From: the human T2T-CHM13v2.0 reference genome, Homo sapiens
Assembly: GCF_009914755.1 (NCBI RefSeq)
Contig: NC_060926.1
DNA length: 64,000 bases
Direction: 5' to 3' (one strand)
Positions 26,670 to 41,187 of this stretch are shown one piece after another. The notes below the pieces were generated by a model. The model searched no databases and was not told the DNA's origin. It saw only the letters and a program-made list of their open reading frames with translations. The stretch's first letter is position 1, and the number at the start of each line of letters is the position of its first letter. Made by a program: the position numbers and the translations under genes.

Positions 26670-29200
26670 ATTTTTAATGTATTTTTATTTATAACTCACT
26701 TAAAATATTATAAAATAATACAGAAACCATTTTAAGTAAAATGTATAAAACATCTATGTGTATTTTTAATAGGTATCAATCAATCACCTGCATAAGCACT
26801 ACCCAGGATGAGTTATAGACCCTGCCAGCCCTTCAGAAGCCCCAACCCCTATCAGTTGTCCCTTTGTCATCATAGCCTCTTCCCTTCTCTGGAGTTAGCC
26901 AAGAACCTGCGTTTTAGTCATTATTTCATTGCCTTTCATTATTTTCAAACCTATAGCTATATACCTTAAAAATATAATTTAGGTGTTTTTTAATTCATAT
27001 AAATGGAATCCTAGTGTATGTTTCTTTTGTTTCTTGCTTCTTTCACTAAGTATTTCTTGCTTTTTCTGTCCTTTAATATTTTATCATTCCATTTTTTTCT
27101 TTTCTCTACTAGTTTGGGAGGATACACTTTGTTTCTGCTCTGTTAGTATAGTTAGCCTAGGGTTACAGCATTAGTACTTATCAACAAATAAAGCTAGTGT
27201 GAGACCCTTTACCTTCTACTAAGATGTTACCTTGGAATATTTTTAATCAATTTATCCCTTTCTCAATGTATATGTTATTACCATCTGGTGTTTTAATTTT
27301 TTTAATATCACCAGACATTATTATTCTCTTTTATGGAGTCAATGTTTGTTTACATTTGCCTAATATTTGCCACATTCTTTGCTATTTATTTCTCCATGAA
27401 CCTTGGACTTGCTTTCTAGGATCACTTTTTCTTCTGCTTGAAATATATTCTGAGAAATTCCTGTGCTAAGGGTCTTGCAGGGACAATCTATCTCATAGTC
27501 TGCTTACTTGAAAAAAATCTCTATTTCTCCCTCATCCTAGAAATATATATTCTCTTTGAATATAGAATTTTTAGTTGGTAGTCATTTTCAGTCAGCATGT
27601 CAAAAATATCATTACACTGTCTTCTGTTATCCATTCTTAAAATCAAATCACCTGTTAATATAACTGATCTTTTCTGATTGCTCATAATATTTTTCTCATT
27701 ACCTTTGTTTTTCTACAGTTTCATCATGATGCATACAGATGTCAGTTTCTTTTTATTTTTCCTGCCTGGATTGTTATGCTTCTTAAAATTATTGATTGCT
27801 GTCATTAATATATTTCAAAAAATTTCCAATAGCTATCTTTTTTTTTTTTTTTTTTGAGATGAAGTCTCACTCTGTCACCTAGGCTAGAGTGCAGTGGCAT
27901 GATCTTGGCTCACTACAACCTCTGCCTCCCAAGTTCAAGAATTCTCAGCCTCAGCCTCCAGAGTAGCTGGGATTACAGACACGCACCACCAAGCCCGGCT
28001 AATTTTGGTATATTTAGTAGAGATAGGGTTTCACTATGTTGGCCAAGCCGGTCTTGAATTCCTGACCTCAAGTGCTCTGCCTGCCTCACCCTCCCAAAGT
28101 GCTGGGATTACAGGTGTCAGCCACCGCACCAGGCCCAATGGCTATCTTTTCAAATGTAGCCCTTTTTACATTCCCTCTCTCATTTCCTTCTAAACCTTCA
28201 GTTAAACCCATGTTAAATTTCTCACTGTATTCTCTAAATGCTTTACACTCTCATTTTTCTTATATTTTTGTCTTTCTGAGCTGCATTGCAAATAATTTCT
28301 CTTTAGGTATCTTCCAGTTCTTCTTTCTCCTTAATTTCAATTATTGTAATTTTTATTTCTAGAAGTTTGTTTCTTTTAAAAATGTACTATGTATATTGTT
28401 AGAGTTAATTTTTTCCTGCAGGCATTTTTTAAGACTCTATTTTATTTTGTTATAACTAGGAGGCATAGTTGTTTTATAATCTGTATTTTGTGATTCTAAT
28501 ATCTAAATTTGTGTCAGTATGTTTCTGCTGGTTCTTATGTTGCTTTGTTTTCTTGTGTGTCTGGTTATCTTTGACTGTGTGCTAATCATTGTTATTGAAA
28601 TATTATCATGGGAGGCACTCTGAGGCCTAGGATAAATGTGTCCTACTCCAGAGTATTTTAGATTTTTCTCAGGAGGTTTGGGACATTCCCAGAGACTGAC
28701 TATCTCAATCTAAATTAACAGTATAAAACTCTCCAATTATGTCTACATAATAGGAGGGCCGTAGCTATCCTGCCACTTCTCAGGGACAAGATTGTGCTTC
28801 AGTTTTTCTTATTTTCTTATTTTACATTGCTCATCTACCAAAACAGTCTTCTTTATATTTCCTTCGGTTTGGAGAAAGGCCACAAGTTTAATATCGGTTC
28901 TCCCTTATTCTTTATAACACTTTGGCCAGGACCTTGCTCCATTATTCTGGGTTTGATTGACCAAAGCTCAAATGTGTAGTATAAACAAATGACCTCAGGA
29001 AAAATGCAGTTGTGTTACTTTGATATTCAGCTTCCCTCACTGAATTCATATTCCCACCCCTAAAAAATATTTACAGTGGCAGTCCCACTGTCTTTTCAGA
29101 CTTTCAATTCTTTTAAGGGGTAATTTTAAAAAGAAATATTTTATCCAGCATTTTTATTGTTTTCAGTGGGAGAATTGATCCAAAAACATAGCTTCTCATT
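26670..29200 (-). mobile_element. Old LINE (L1M/HAL1-like) remnant region, interrupted by an Alu
   Basis: T-rich antisense LINE motifs: aatatagaatttttagttggtag, ttacactgtcttctg, tttttctacagtttcatcatgatgc. Family and boundaries uncertain. Confidence 0.55.
27841..28135 (-). mobile_element. Alu, full length (AluS)
   Basis: Poly-T, then gagatgaagtctcactctgtcacctaggc...ccaccgcaccaggcc; TSD CAAT(A/G)GCTATCTTT at 27827-27840 and 28136-28149. Confidence 0.95.
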
Positions 29201-30609
29201 GCAATCTACCTCACTTCAAGTTAAGTATGCATTTGGTTAATCAAGTTTGTGCTATTTATATAAATCTTGGTGGGAAAAGACTTCATAAGAATATGTATTG
29301 AAATTCTACAATGAACAGCTTGCTCGTTAGGGCTACATATAAGGCATAGAGATATAATCAAGATATAGTCTTTGCCTTATAAAATCTCTGCCAAAAAATA
29401 GGGTGAGATGAAATAAGAAACATAGTAGAGTTGTTTTTTTTTTTTTTTCCACTGAGATTTTGAAGAAGGCGAGCTCACATCTGTGAAAGATTTGAATTGG
29501 GCCTTGTAGGACCGTTATAATTTGAATATGTGGAGATTTGTAGGGAGGGAGTGCAGGGGCATAAAAAACATGAACAATGGCATAAAACTGAGAATGGACA
29601 GAGCCTGTGCACAACAAGGAGAAATGAATTTTTGTTTTGGTTTGAAGATAGGATAAGAGAAAAGGATTGAGAAGAGTTTCATGGCCTGAGATTTGCTGAG
29701 TGACAAATTTTTAATAAGTAGTGTTAGCGTTCTCCAGGTGTCTTCATTCTGGAATAATCTGTCATGGCTATTGTTTTAACAAACATATACTGAACAGCAG
29801 TACTAGTCAGTGGTATGTGTCTTAAAAGAGCCAGGCCTATTGTAGGGCCAAAGCAAGAGAGGATGCTCCTTCTTCGAGGCTCTTCATCTCATTTACTGCA
29901 GAAGTGAAAACTTTTTCCTCAAAAGCACCCACACTAGTGTTTGTTTCATCTGGTGCTAAAGAAGTACTAGAGAATCAGGAGTTGTCTGTTTGATTTATCT
30001 TCTCAGGCCTTGACTCACACTCCTTGTATTTTTCAGGTACACTTTCCTATTTTAGTATCAGTGAAGTATTTCAATTGACTCTAGCACTTCATTTGCAGCT
30101 TGACTCCTAAGTACCTGCTGTACTTTGTGATTTTAGAGCTTCTGCTTGATGTGTTCAGGAGGCACCTGACCATGTTCATGGGATTTGGCAAATCTCCATT
30201 TTTGGTTAAACAAAACCCATTTGATGGATTGCATCATAGAGAAGAAGCTCTGCAATTTAGAACATCCATTCATTTATTCTCTCAACAGTTAACAACTCCT
30301 ACCAGGTGTCATATAATTTTTTTCTTTTTGTTTTGTTTTGTTTTTACATTAGGGGCAACAGAAATATTCAAATGAATAGTATATGATCCCTGCTCTTAAA
30401 GTACTCACAATATGGTAAAAGAGACATAATTTTGTATAGGTTTATTATAATAAAACCATGACTAAAGTGTTAAAAAATATTAGACAACATGCCATGGAAC
30501 CATAGATTTAGCTATAGGTAGTCTTTTTCCAGAGAAACTATTGTTGCAAGTCATGTTCAGCTTAGGTATCTCTCCTTTTGTTCAAATATTACTGTTTGAT
30601 ATTATTATA

Positions 30610-31330
30610 TCAAATATTATTGAGCATCTCTTATGTTTAAGTCACTACGATAGGTGTTCTGAAAGATAAAAAATGAACCAGACTGAAACAAATAGAAAGT
30701 ATGGCCTTAGATTGAGTATAGTGAAGAAATGGATGTTGGTAGTTGTCCTAAAATGGCATGAACAGAGACATGGCGTCGTTTTATGATAACTCAAGAGAAG
30801 AGTGTGATTGCTTCCATTTGGACAGGATTTGAAATATATTCATGGAGGAAGTGACATTTGAGCACATTTCTGAAGGATGTATAGGATTTTGATGTAAAAG
30901 GGGGCAAAAGATATTTTATGTACTAATAAGAGAGTAATTAATAGTGAACTATGGAAAATTCTTTTTTTGTTGTTTATTTTACAGATGTATATTGATCTCT
31001 TGCCTTCTTCCATGCACTGTGTACTAGTCACTGTTCTTGAAATGTTTGAATGGGGGTTCCCTGAGGCCTGGAGTGAATATTTCCTAGTCCAGAGTATTTT
31101 GTGTTTCTTCTCTAAGTTGCCTGGGAGTGAGGAACAGCTTTAGACTAAGTTGCGGAACAGCATTGTGGAACAGCAAACAGTGTAATTTGGTTAGAAAGTC
31201 AGTGTGGAACCGGTTTAGGAAAGACTTTGAACAGGATTGGGAGAAGAGATCATTTCATTCTGTAGGTAATGTGGGGTTTTTGTAACCAATATGAAATATT
31301 CTCAAATTAAGAGAGACTCAGAGTTTTCAG
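30610..31330 (-). mobile_element. L2 remnant, interrupted at ~30960-31130 by another repeat fragment
   Basis: caaatattattgagcatctcttatg...ggaagtgacatttgagc...gaaggatgtataggattt; resumes with catttcattctgtaggtaatgtgggg. Confidence 0.55.
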
Positions 31331-32131
31331 AGACATGTTTAGGGAACTGATATATATATCAGTTGTCTATAAAATTAAGTCTCTCTTAATTTTGTGTATA
31401 TATAACTTAAAAACACATGCAGGACTTGGTAAATTATCCGAGAGACATGTTCTAAAAATTTATGCAAATAGATGTGAGCAATAAGGCCTGAGCTCTTACG
31501 ACAGAGAAAATTGTAAAACGGCTGTGTGTCATCATTTTGGCTCAATGCATTTAGTAAATCACAGGACATCTTTTCACTGACAAAATATTTTGATATTCTC
31601 ATATGTCTCTGACCTCCAACAGTATGGCCATTTCTAAAGACGTTCTAGTGCAAAGAGAACAAGCAGAGCTATCCATCTAAGGAGAGCGAAAAACATGCTG
31701 TCCCAAGAACTAGGTGTGTCACCATCTCAGTGAGCACCCGTTGCAAACCTACTGGTGCTTCCATCTGACTCCAGAACATCTGTTTAGTGTCACACCCTAC
31801 TTAAACAAATGCATTGTGTGAAGTCTTTCCACCAACAATCAGACGCTGTGGAACTCATTGTCACCAATTGGGTGGATGAGAGCCACCGTTTCTATTATAT
31901 TCATCACACACTGCTCAGAAAATTTAGTGTCACTTTTGATATAAATTCAAAAACATTGTAAACATTTTAGGGAATATTTTCCCCCTAAAATGGTGTGGTT
32001 CTAAAGCCAGTATATTCAGTAGAAAGCCTATATGTTGGTTGTGTAAGGGACTTTTTTGTTACTCTTATGTTTTTTATTTTACATTGTACTAATATGTATT
32101 TTTAATCAGAGCCAACAACTGGCAATTTTTA

Positions 32132-33386
<1,255 letters not shown>

Positions 33387-33404
33387 AAAAAATGTATTTT
33401 TAAA

Positions 33405-33700
33405 AAGTACAGTGTGATCTTTTGATGCATGTATACATTGTGGAATGATTAAATCAAGCTATTAACACTTCCATTACCTAATTTTTTGTGTGCAATGAAA
33501 ACATTTAAAATATAATCAGTGATTTTTAAGTATATAGGATGTTATTAATTATAGTTACCATGCTGTACAATGGATCTCTAGAATTTATTATTCTTGTCTA
33601 ATAGAATTTTGTACTCTTTGAGCAACATCTCCCCATACCCTTCCCCCAAACCCCCAGACCCTGGTAAGTACTATTCTACTCTCTGCTTCTATGAGTTTGA
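33405..33700 (-). mobile_element. L1MA-type 3' end fragment
   Basis: tttgatgcatgtatacattgtggaatgattaaatcaagcta...atagttaccatgctgtacaatggatctctaga...ctactctctgcttctatgagttt. Confidence 0.8.
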
Positions 33701-33843
33701 CGTTATAAAAATTTTACTTTTAATAACAGAAAACTCTTCCAAGGCATTTAATGAACTATTAACTTTTCCAAACCACTCATTCAGCCATAACCTTGAAAGC
33801 AAAAATGGGCAACATAAAAGGCCTCATTAAAATAATTTGTTTT

Positions 33844-34180
33844 CAGCCTGGCCCACATATCGAGACCCTGTCTCTACAAAAGTTTTTTTTTAAAAGATTA
33901 GTTGGGTGCAGTGGCCCATGCCTAGAATCCCAGTACTTTGGGAGCCCAAGGCAGGTGGATCACCTGAGGTCAGGAGTTTGAGACTAGCCTGTCCAACATG
34001 GAGAAACCCCATCTCTACTAAAAATACAAAAATTAGTTGGGTGTGGTGGTGCCCACCTGCAACCTGAGCTACTTAGGAGGCTGAGGCACAAAAATTGCTT
34101 GAACCCAGGAGGTGGTGGTTGCAGTGAGCCGAGATCCCATCACTGCCCTCCACCCTGGGTGATAGAGTGAGACTCTGTCT

Positions 34181-34216
<36 letters not shown>

Positions 34217-34410
34217 ACACATGCACACATGGTGGTCATGCACCTGTAAGTCCAGCTACGTAGGAGGTCGAAGCAGGAGGATCACTTGAACCCAGGTGTT
34301 TGAGGCCGCAGTGAGCTATGATTAAGTCACTGCACTACAGGCTAGGCAATAGAATGAGACTCTGTCTCTAAAAAAATAAAACAAAATAAAATAAAATAAA
34401 ATAAATAATA
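33844..34410 (+). mobile_element. 5'-truncated AluJ (33844-33899 plus ~34228-34410) hosting a nested Alu
   Basis: Left-arm end cagcctggcccacatatcgagaccctgtctctacaaaa; right arm ggaggatcacttgaacccagg...gcagtgagctatgat (J diagnostics); (AAAAT)n tail. Confidence 0.85.
33900..34214 (+). mobile_element. AluS, full length, nested in the AluJ linker, with a long poly-A tail
   Basis: gttgggtgcagtggcccatgcc...ggatcacctgaggtcaggagtttgagact...gagactctgtctc plus poly-A at 34182-34214. Confidence 0.92.
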
Positions 34411-35409
34411 ATTTACTTTTAAAAAATATTGTTTACTTTCAATATGAGTAATGAACACACACATTAATTAAATAATGCAATATATCTAATGCTCATTCAC
34501 TGTAGTATGACTTTAACAACAAAATGAACTTATTTATGGAAGGAAAATGATGTGATTTAGCAAAAAGATGAAAATAGTTTCAATCAGAAAGCTATTCATG
34601 AATTATTGAGTATTCCGTGCAAAATGAATATGGAATGATTTTATCTTTGTAGAGTGAGTATTGAGCCCTTATTCAGACCCCTGCTTAAGAAGATCATGAA
34701 AAAATGGAGGGGCAAACAAAAGATCTATCAGCCTTAGACTAATGAAGGCATTTTAAAATCTCTGTTTAATCATTTAATTCTCATAATAGTAGTACTCTTG
34801 CCACATCAGCATGGTTATCATTGATGCAGTATGTTAGTATAGCTGTAGATTGCACCATCATATGGCCTCATCAAACATTTAATGATTAGGAAAAACAAGT
34901 TACAGTTCAAAATCTGGAGGATAATGGGTAGAGATGGAAATACAGAGAAGAAAAAAAGGAAATTAAAGTTCAGTGTTTTATTAATGTAAACTTTGGAAGG
35001 AAAAAATCAAGTGATCGATATTGCTATAAATGAAGCCATGTTCTCTGGTTATATTTTTTTCTAGCTTTGGCCATTAACTATAATAAATTCTGTAACTTAC
35101 ATAATTTTTAATAACCACAGAAATCCATGAAATTGACAGGATTCTTTACAAATGGATCAGAGCTTACTGTCCCTCAATAAACCTCACCTTAGGCTCTCTC
35201 AGAAAACTGTTTTAATTATGAAGCTTGTCTCTCTGTGGTTTATCATTTTGGCCAATGAAATGCATCTGTTTTGGAGCTTGCATTTCTCTAAGATAAAATG
35301 AGCTTTTACCCCACAGTGTATTTTTTAATTTATAGAGTATATGTATAGTCTTTCTTAAAAATTCACTACTAAATTGAAATGCTCTGAGAAGCAGTATCAC
35401 ATTAGGTAG

Positions 35410-35645
35410 AAACAGGGGCTTTCAAGTCAGATCACCTGGGTTAGGAATCCTAGGTTCATATTTTACTTGCTGCTCTAGTTTATTTTCAAATATTAATGAT
35501 AAATTTATTTTCACATATTTATTGGCTATCTCAACTGCAATATGACATTAACAAGGGTGACTATCTCGTAGAACTATATGTGAGAAAATTGATGCAATGT
35601 GCCTCACACAGAGCAAACATAATAAATCTTAATTGTATTTATCGT
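35410..35645 (+). mobile_element. MIR remnant
   Basis: gggctttcaagtcagatcacctgggttaggaatcctaggttc at the 5' end; gtgcctcacacagagcaaacataataaatc at the 3' end. Confidence 0.55.
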
Positions 35646-35739
35646 TGTCGTTATTACTACATGAAGCAATAGAGTATAGTGGTTAGGAGTAGTGGCAGAT
35701 GAGGGAAGGGTAAAGGGAGAATGTGGGAAAGATCTGCAT

Positions 35740-35920
35740 GTGCCTAGAAGTCTTTTCGCTCACATTCCAGTGGTAAGTATAAATAATTGGCCACATTCTG
35801 ATGCAAATGGGGCTGGGAATAAAGTCTTCAGCTGGCAAGCTGCTTCCCAATGACAACACAAGGCACTTGAAGAGGGAGCACAACACACATTTTGGTGGAG
35901 AACGATTCACCTCTGCCACA
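35740..35920 (-). mobile_element. Old MaLR LTR fragment (MLT1J/K-like)
   Basis: gctcacattccagtgg...ggccacattctgatgcaaatggggctgggaataaagtc...ctctgccaca. Confidence 0.55.
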
Positions 35921-35929
35921 GCGAGAGCA

Positions 35930-36582
35930 GCATCAGTGGTCTCAATCCTGGTTTTCTGGAATACAAAGCCTGAATTAAGAGCCTGACTTTATCTGGGAGG
36001 TACAAATCCAGGACAAGAGAGTGAAGTGAAAAGGAAGTCAGGCCAGAAGTGATGGGCAGTGGTACAGGGATGTTACCATGTTGGCTCCCCACTACAATGA
36101 GCTTCAAAGAGACGGAGAGAAAAGGGTCTGCAAGTACGCTGGTGAAAGCTTAAAGCAATCTGTGGGAGGAAGGGAGCAGAAGAAGGAAAAGGAATTTATC
36201 TCCCATATTTCTTCCCATTTCCTGCACTTTTCCCATTTCCTGCACTTTTGATTAAAGTTCACCACCCAGAGTCTTCACTTGCCTGCTTCAGTCGGACCTG
36301 CCTCAGCCATGGGAGGCTACTCAGAAAGCCAGGTCCCACTCCTGCAAAGTGGCATTTCATCTAAAGTAGGAAGTGGTGGAAGGAGCCAAAGGCCCTTCTA
36401 TAGTCTGGCAGCCTAGGGGGAAAGTCTGGTATTCCAAGAAGGTGGCTGGTCATTCTCAAGAGGTGGACTGCATTGCCCAGGCAGGGCTGGTCATCTGCAG
36501 GGACAGCTGAGGTTGACTGAGTGGATGACAGTCTAAGAGGAAACTCTGAGGAGGCACCTGAGACATCAAAAGTGTACCCAAG
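35930..36582 (-). mobile_element. ERVL-type LTR remnant (LTR16/LTR33-like)
   Basis: gtctcaatcctggttttctggaatacaaagcctga...actttatctgggaggtacaaatccagg, with an organisation similar to the LTR at 55905-56421. Confidence 0.45.
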
Positions 36583-38359
36583 CTATTCACCTTGCAGAAA
36601 TAAATTGCCTTTTTAATGTAAATGTAAAACTATATCAGTTGAGAAATATAATCATTATATTTATTCCAGCAAGATTTTGATTCAGAAACAAATACAATAG
36701 GTGCTCATTTCTTGAAAAGTGTAGAATACTTTCTCCTCAAAAACAAACAAAAAGCACATAACATTCTAGTGCCCACAATCACTAACAAAGGTTTATTTTT
36801 CTGAAAATGTGGTTTGATTTGGTCATGTAATATACTGAGAAATTTCACTGTAGAAACAATTTCTGTTATTATTAACATCATTTATATTCATATACATAAA
36901 ACCCACATCTTATAATCAAAGTATCCTCTTTTATGTTGACAGGGGCCATACTTTAGACATTAATAAGATCAGGTATCCATTCAGCCCTCTTTCCTAAATC
37001 ATTTTGCCCAAATGAGAATATATAAATGAGTTTTATCCTCCTCCATGAACGATTTTCCAGAATCAAAACCAGTTATGTGATAAAACTTAATTCCTCTAAA
37101 CAGATTTTGTGTTTCGAGTTTCAAAATGATAAGGACAATCTGAGTCTATATTCTGGAATAGCAATTAATCCAAAATAAAAAATGGCGCTAATAACCTATT
37201 TCATAAAATCCGAGCTTTGTCTCTCTTTTTGAACCACATCTAGTAATAAGGGTAAGAGGCTGTGCGGCCAAATGATTTGTGGCCTGCGTATATGCCCAAT
37301 CTTCATCATGGAAGCTATCATCAAGCTAAAGAGCATCTGGCCTTTGATATTTTCTTAATATACATTAAAAGACTATGGACCCCAAATATCCCATAAAGAA
37401 AAATGGGAAACTTAATCCCACAGGTTTAATCTAAGTCAGAGAAAAAAGTATTACAGAGAAAATACTCTTAGCTATTATTGGGAAATGGTGAAGATAGACG
37501 AAGAGAATAATAAAAATCAGAAGTGCAAGAGACCTAGGGTCAATTTTTAATGACTTCACATTCCTCTAAAAAAGAGGCTTTTATGTTTTATTGTCCAAAA
37601 GCAGTAACTCTTAAATAATTCTATTTAAGTATTTTAAAAATCAGTCATTTCTATTTTAAGTTTACCCCAGAAGAAATATGGTGTGTACATTCTTAGATTT
37701 AAATTCATATTTAGTCATTTTTTAAAAAGTGTATTTTTATAATGATGTAGAATATGATCCATTGGCATCATGCTGTTCATTAGCAGACTTTTTCTTGTGT
37801 TTTATAGCTGTAGAATCGGAAATATGTTTTCTATTAAAGGATTCTTTAATTTCAGGCTTCTTGAATAAAATCTTGATTGTCTTCCGAATAAATTCTACAA
37901 CTTTTCTGAACTACTTATTCCAATAAGTAGTTTAAATGTTTAACATTTAAACACTGAGAATTTCTTCTAATAATCTCGATTCCCTAAAACTGCTCTTCAG
38001 GCATAGGTCTTTCTGCTGTAGCTTTGTGAAAATGAACTACTTATTAGGACCATTTTTACACAATCCTCCAGCTACTTATTCTAGTTTTCTCTTTTTAAAG
38101 CGAATATATTTATTATTACTTAAGAACTTTGTTTTTTTATCTGTCATACTTTTGAATTCACCCCAAATCTCTATTAGCTTTGATTATACCATATGATCAG
38201 TTCTTACTTAAAGTTGGTATAAAATGGAAATATTATTCCATATGTACTTCTCACTTTGTGAACTGTCATTCTGAGATGTATTATTTATTTTTATTTGTTA
38301 ATGCATTGGAATCAATCCAGATATTTTTCATTGTCATTCTCTATCCAGTTCCTCAATTA

Positions 38360-39800
38360 TTTCAATAGTTCACAAATAACTGTTGAACACTTATTTGGGG
38401 CCACTTTGCTAGATTCTGGAAAAATAAAGAACCATAAGTCAAACCCATTCTCTTACTGGATAGCTAGGGGAAAAAAAACACACCAAAAAGGAGTAGCAAT
38501 GTGTGACTAACAAGAGTTGTAACACAGTATGTTTCAAAGTAGGGGAAATGGTGGAAGGAGTGAGTGACTACCTGCAGAGGGAAAATTCTCCCCATGGATA
38601 TTTTTATTTTTTTAAGTTGTGTCTTGAAAATGAGCAAGATTACGGCAGATGGTAGGCAAGCAGGGTAGATTGAAGAGAGAGATAAATGTATTTCAGATGA
38701 AAAGAATGAATGCATACTCAAATCCCAAATGTCTGGCGTTGTGAAAACACATTGCATTTTGGAAACTGCCACGGATGTAGCGTAGCTGGTGTGAAGAATG
38801 GGAGAACGCATAGAACCGAGAGGGATGGTTGGAGGAGGACAGAAAGGAGCTCGTATACCTTACCAAGGGATTTGGACACTATCCCGTAGATAAATTTTCC
38901 ATAATAAACAATGTGAGGTTTGTGTCTCACATTGAACGAAAAAAGGTCAAAATACAGAGAATGAATTGCAAGGGTTTTTGACTGGCCACAGAGGCAAGAG
39001 GTAGAAGAATTCTTGTGAGAGAAAATAAGAACTCTACTGAGGTTAAGGTCATGAGATGGAGAAAAAGGAACTAATTCCAGAATTCGAGACTTTGTGCCTT
39101 TTGATTATGGATGGTGAAAGAAAGGAGGGAGTTAAGAAACTTTCAGGTGAAGTGAGTGAAGGGATTATTAAGCAAGACAAGCAATAGAGAAAAGGAGGCA
39201 GGTAGGAGAAGAAGATAATGATTTCACTGAGGTGACTGTGCTACACTCTCATGGTAATGTAGAAAATATAATTCTGACACATCAGAGGGAGCTGGAGGCC
39301 AGAGGCACCCATTGAGGGGTCAACATATGGCAGGTAATGGGACAAGACTAGGGGCAAGACCAAAACCCATAGGAATCACATGAGTGAGGAGAAATGATGA
39401 GGGCCTAGAACGCTAAACCTGGGGTTACTAACATTTAGAAAGTGGGAAGAGGAAGAGGACTCAGTGGAAGAAACTGAAAGGGAAGAGTATAAAAGGTGAA
39501 ATGCTTCCATGGCCAAGAAACAAGAGGGCTCTAAGGAGAAGGGCCAACAGAATCTAACAGTGCAGAGTTCAAGTCAGATGCAGATGGGGAACAAGGCATC
39601 AGATTGTTTTTGTTGACCTTAATGGTTAAGACATTTTAGAAAAGTCAAAGAAGGAAGTAAATATCAGACTGCAGTGTTGAAGAAGAGAATGGAGTCTGAG
39701 CAAACAGAGAACATGAATTGAGGAGAAGGACAAATCTGGCAATAACGGAAAGGAAATAAGTGAGATTGAGAAAAAGTGAGGGTGTGGAGTTGATGCTTGC
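38360..39800 (-). mobile_element. Long L2 remnant
   Basis: Purine-rich antisense L2 motifs: aactgttgaacacttatttgggg, ttgtgtcttgaaaatgagcaaga, tttggacactatcccgtag, aacatttagaaagtgggaagaggaagagga, atcagactgcagtgttgaaga. Confidence 0.7.
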
Positions 39801-41187
39801 TTTTCTTCTTCTTCTTTTTTTTTTTTAAACGGGTAATGAACATGGTTAGAGGCTGAAGGACACAATCTATTTGAGGGGGAGAAAGTAGAACGAAATGTGA
39901 AATTCTTATTCTTGGACAACTCAGGAAATGAGGGACAAGACTGGATGAAATTAGGAACTAGAGATAAATAAGCCTTGGGCAGAAGGAGTATCTCTTCCTC
40001 TGAGGCAAAGCAGGACATGCCTTGTGAGTCCTTTTTGTGCTTTATGGTACTGACAGGTCAGGTAATTTTGACACTCACAGAGGCCACTGTCCTGCCAAGG
40101 CATGGGAGTTTATTAGACAGATGGGCCAGTCACAGCCCCAGAATTTTGGGGCTGGAAGACAAAGTGGGAAATGACACAGGAAAAAAATGGAAAATGTGAA
40201 TTATTATTCTTGGACCTGAAAAAGCCATTTTTAGGTGAACTAGTAGGAGGAAAAAATGAGTGTGGAGGGGAGGCCATGGATTCCATTGTGATCAAGAACT
40301 TTAAACTTGGAATCCGATAAAAGTAAATTCGTATCAGCTCAGGCACTTTCTAAGTACATGACCTTATGTCAAGCACTTGGCCGCTCTCTGCTTGGGTTTC
40401 TTCATGTATAAGTTGAAAGCAATGGTAATATTTTCAAAAGATTGTTGTAAGAAGTAAATGAGAAATCAATATTAAGCTTTCAGAGTGCAATAGAGGAAGC
40501 TATCATTAAACTTTATATTCATTTGTTTATTTGGATTACACAGACTAAGTATGAAAGTGGGAAGAGTTGTGACTGTTCCAGCACAAGGGCTGTGATCTCC
40601 ATGAAGTCAGAACAAACCATTTCGTGGGGTGGACTCATAAGGGTTGAAGCTTTCAGAGAGCAGTGGCAAGAGGAAGAAGAGAAAGTGACTAGGAACACAT
40701 ACAAAGTATCTTAAGCAGAGTCAAAGGCCCAGCTGAAGAAGGTAGACATTATTTGTAATATTGCTACCCTAAGTAGTCAAAAGTTATTTCTCCAGTATTC
40801 GGGGATATGAGGAATATTATGGAGGGGCAAGCAGATGAGAGCGATATCCTTGGAGGAGAGGGCAGGTGGAGGGGGTGGTTGAAGTGACTGTGGAATCAGG
40901 AATATAGGACCTGAAAGGAAGTGAAGCCAGGAAGGAATTCAGAGACTGGGAGATTGCACAAAGGTCAATGATTTTAATAGCATCAGAAACACACGGATAA
41001 GAAAATCTCCAGAAATGGAATCTGTCAGATGAGCAGCAGAATGAAAATCACTGAAGTGGAGACAAGGTGAAGGAGTGAGATTGTAAGGAGTGCAAGAGAC
41101 GGGCAAGGTCCTGGAGAGGATGGCCACAGACAGGGTTTGGATTGTGATAAACCCGTGCCAGGTACTGTGGAATTTGCCTTAGGAGGC

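Noticed and set aside
30031-30042. AG|GT recursive splice site (tttcag|gtacac)
   Set aside because: The reconstituted donor GTACAC is weak compared with the GTAAG-type donors of known recursive sites.
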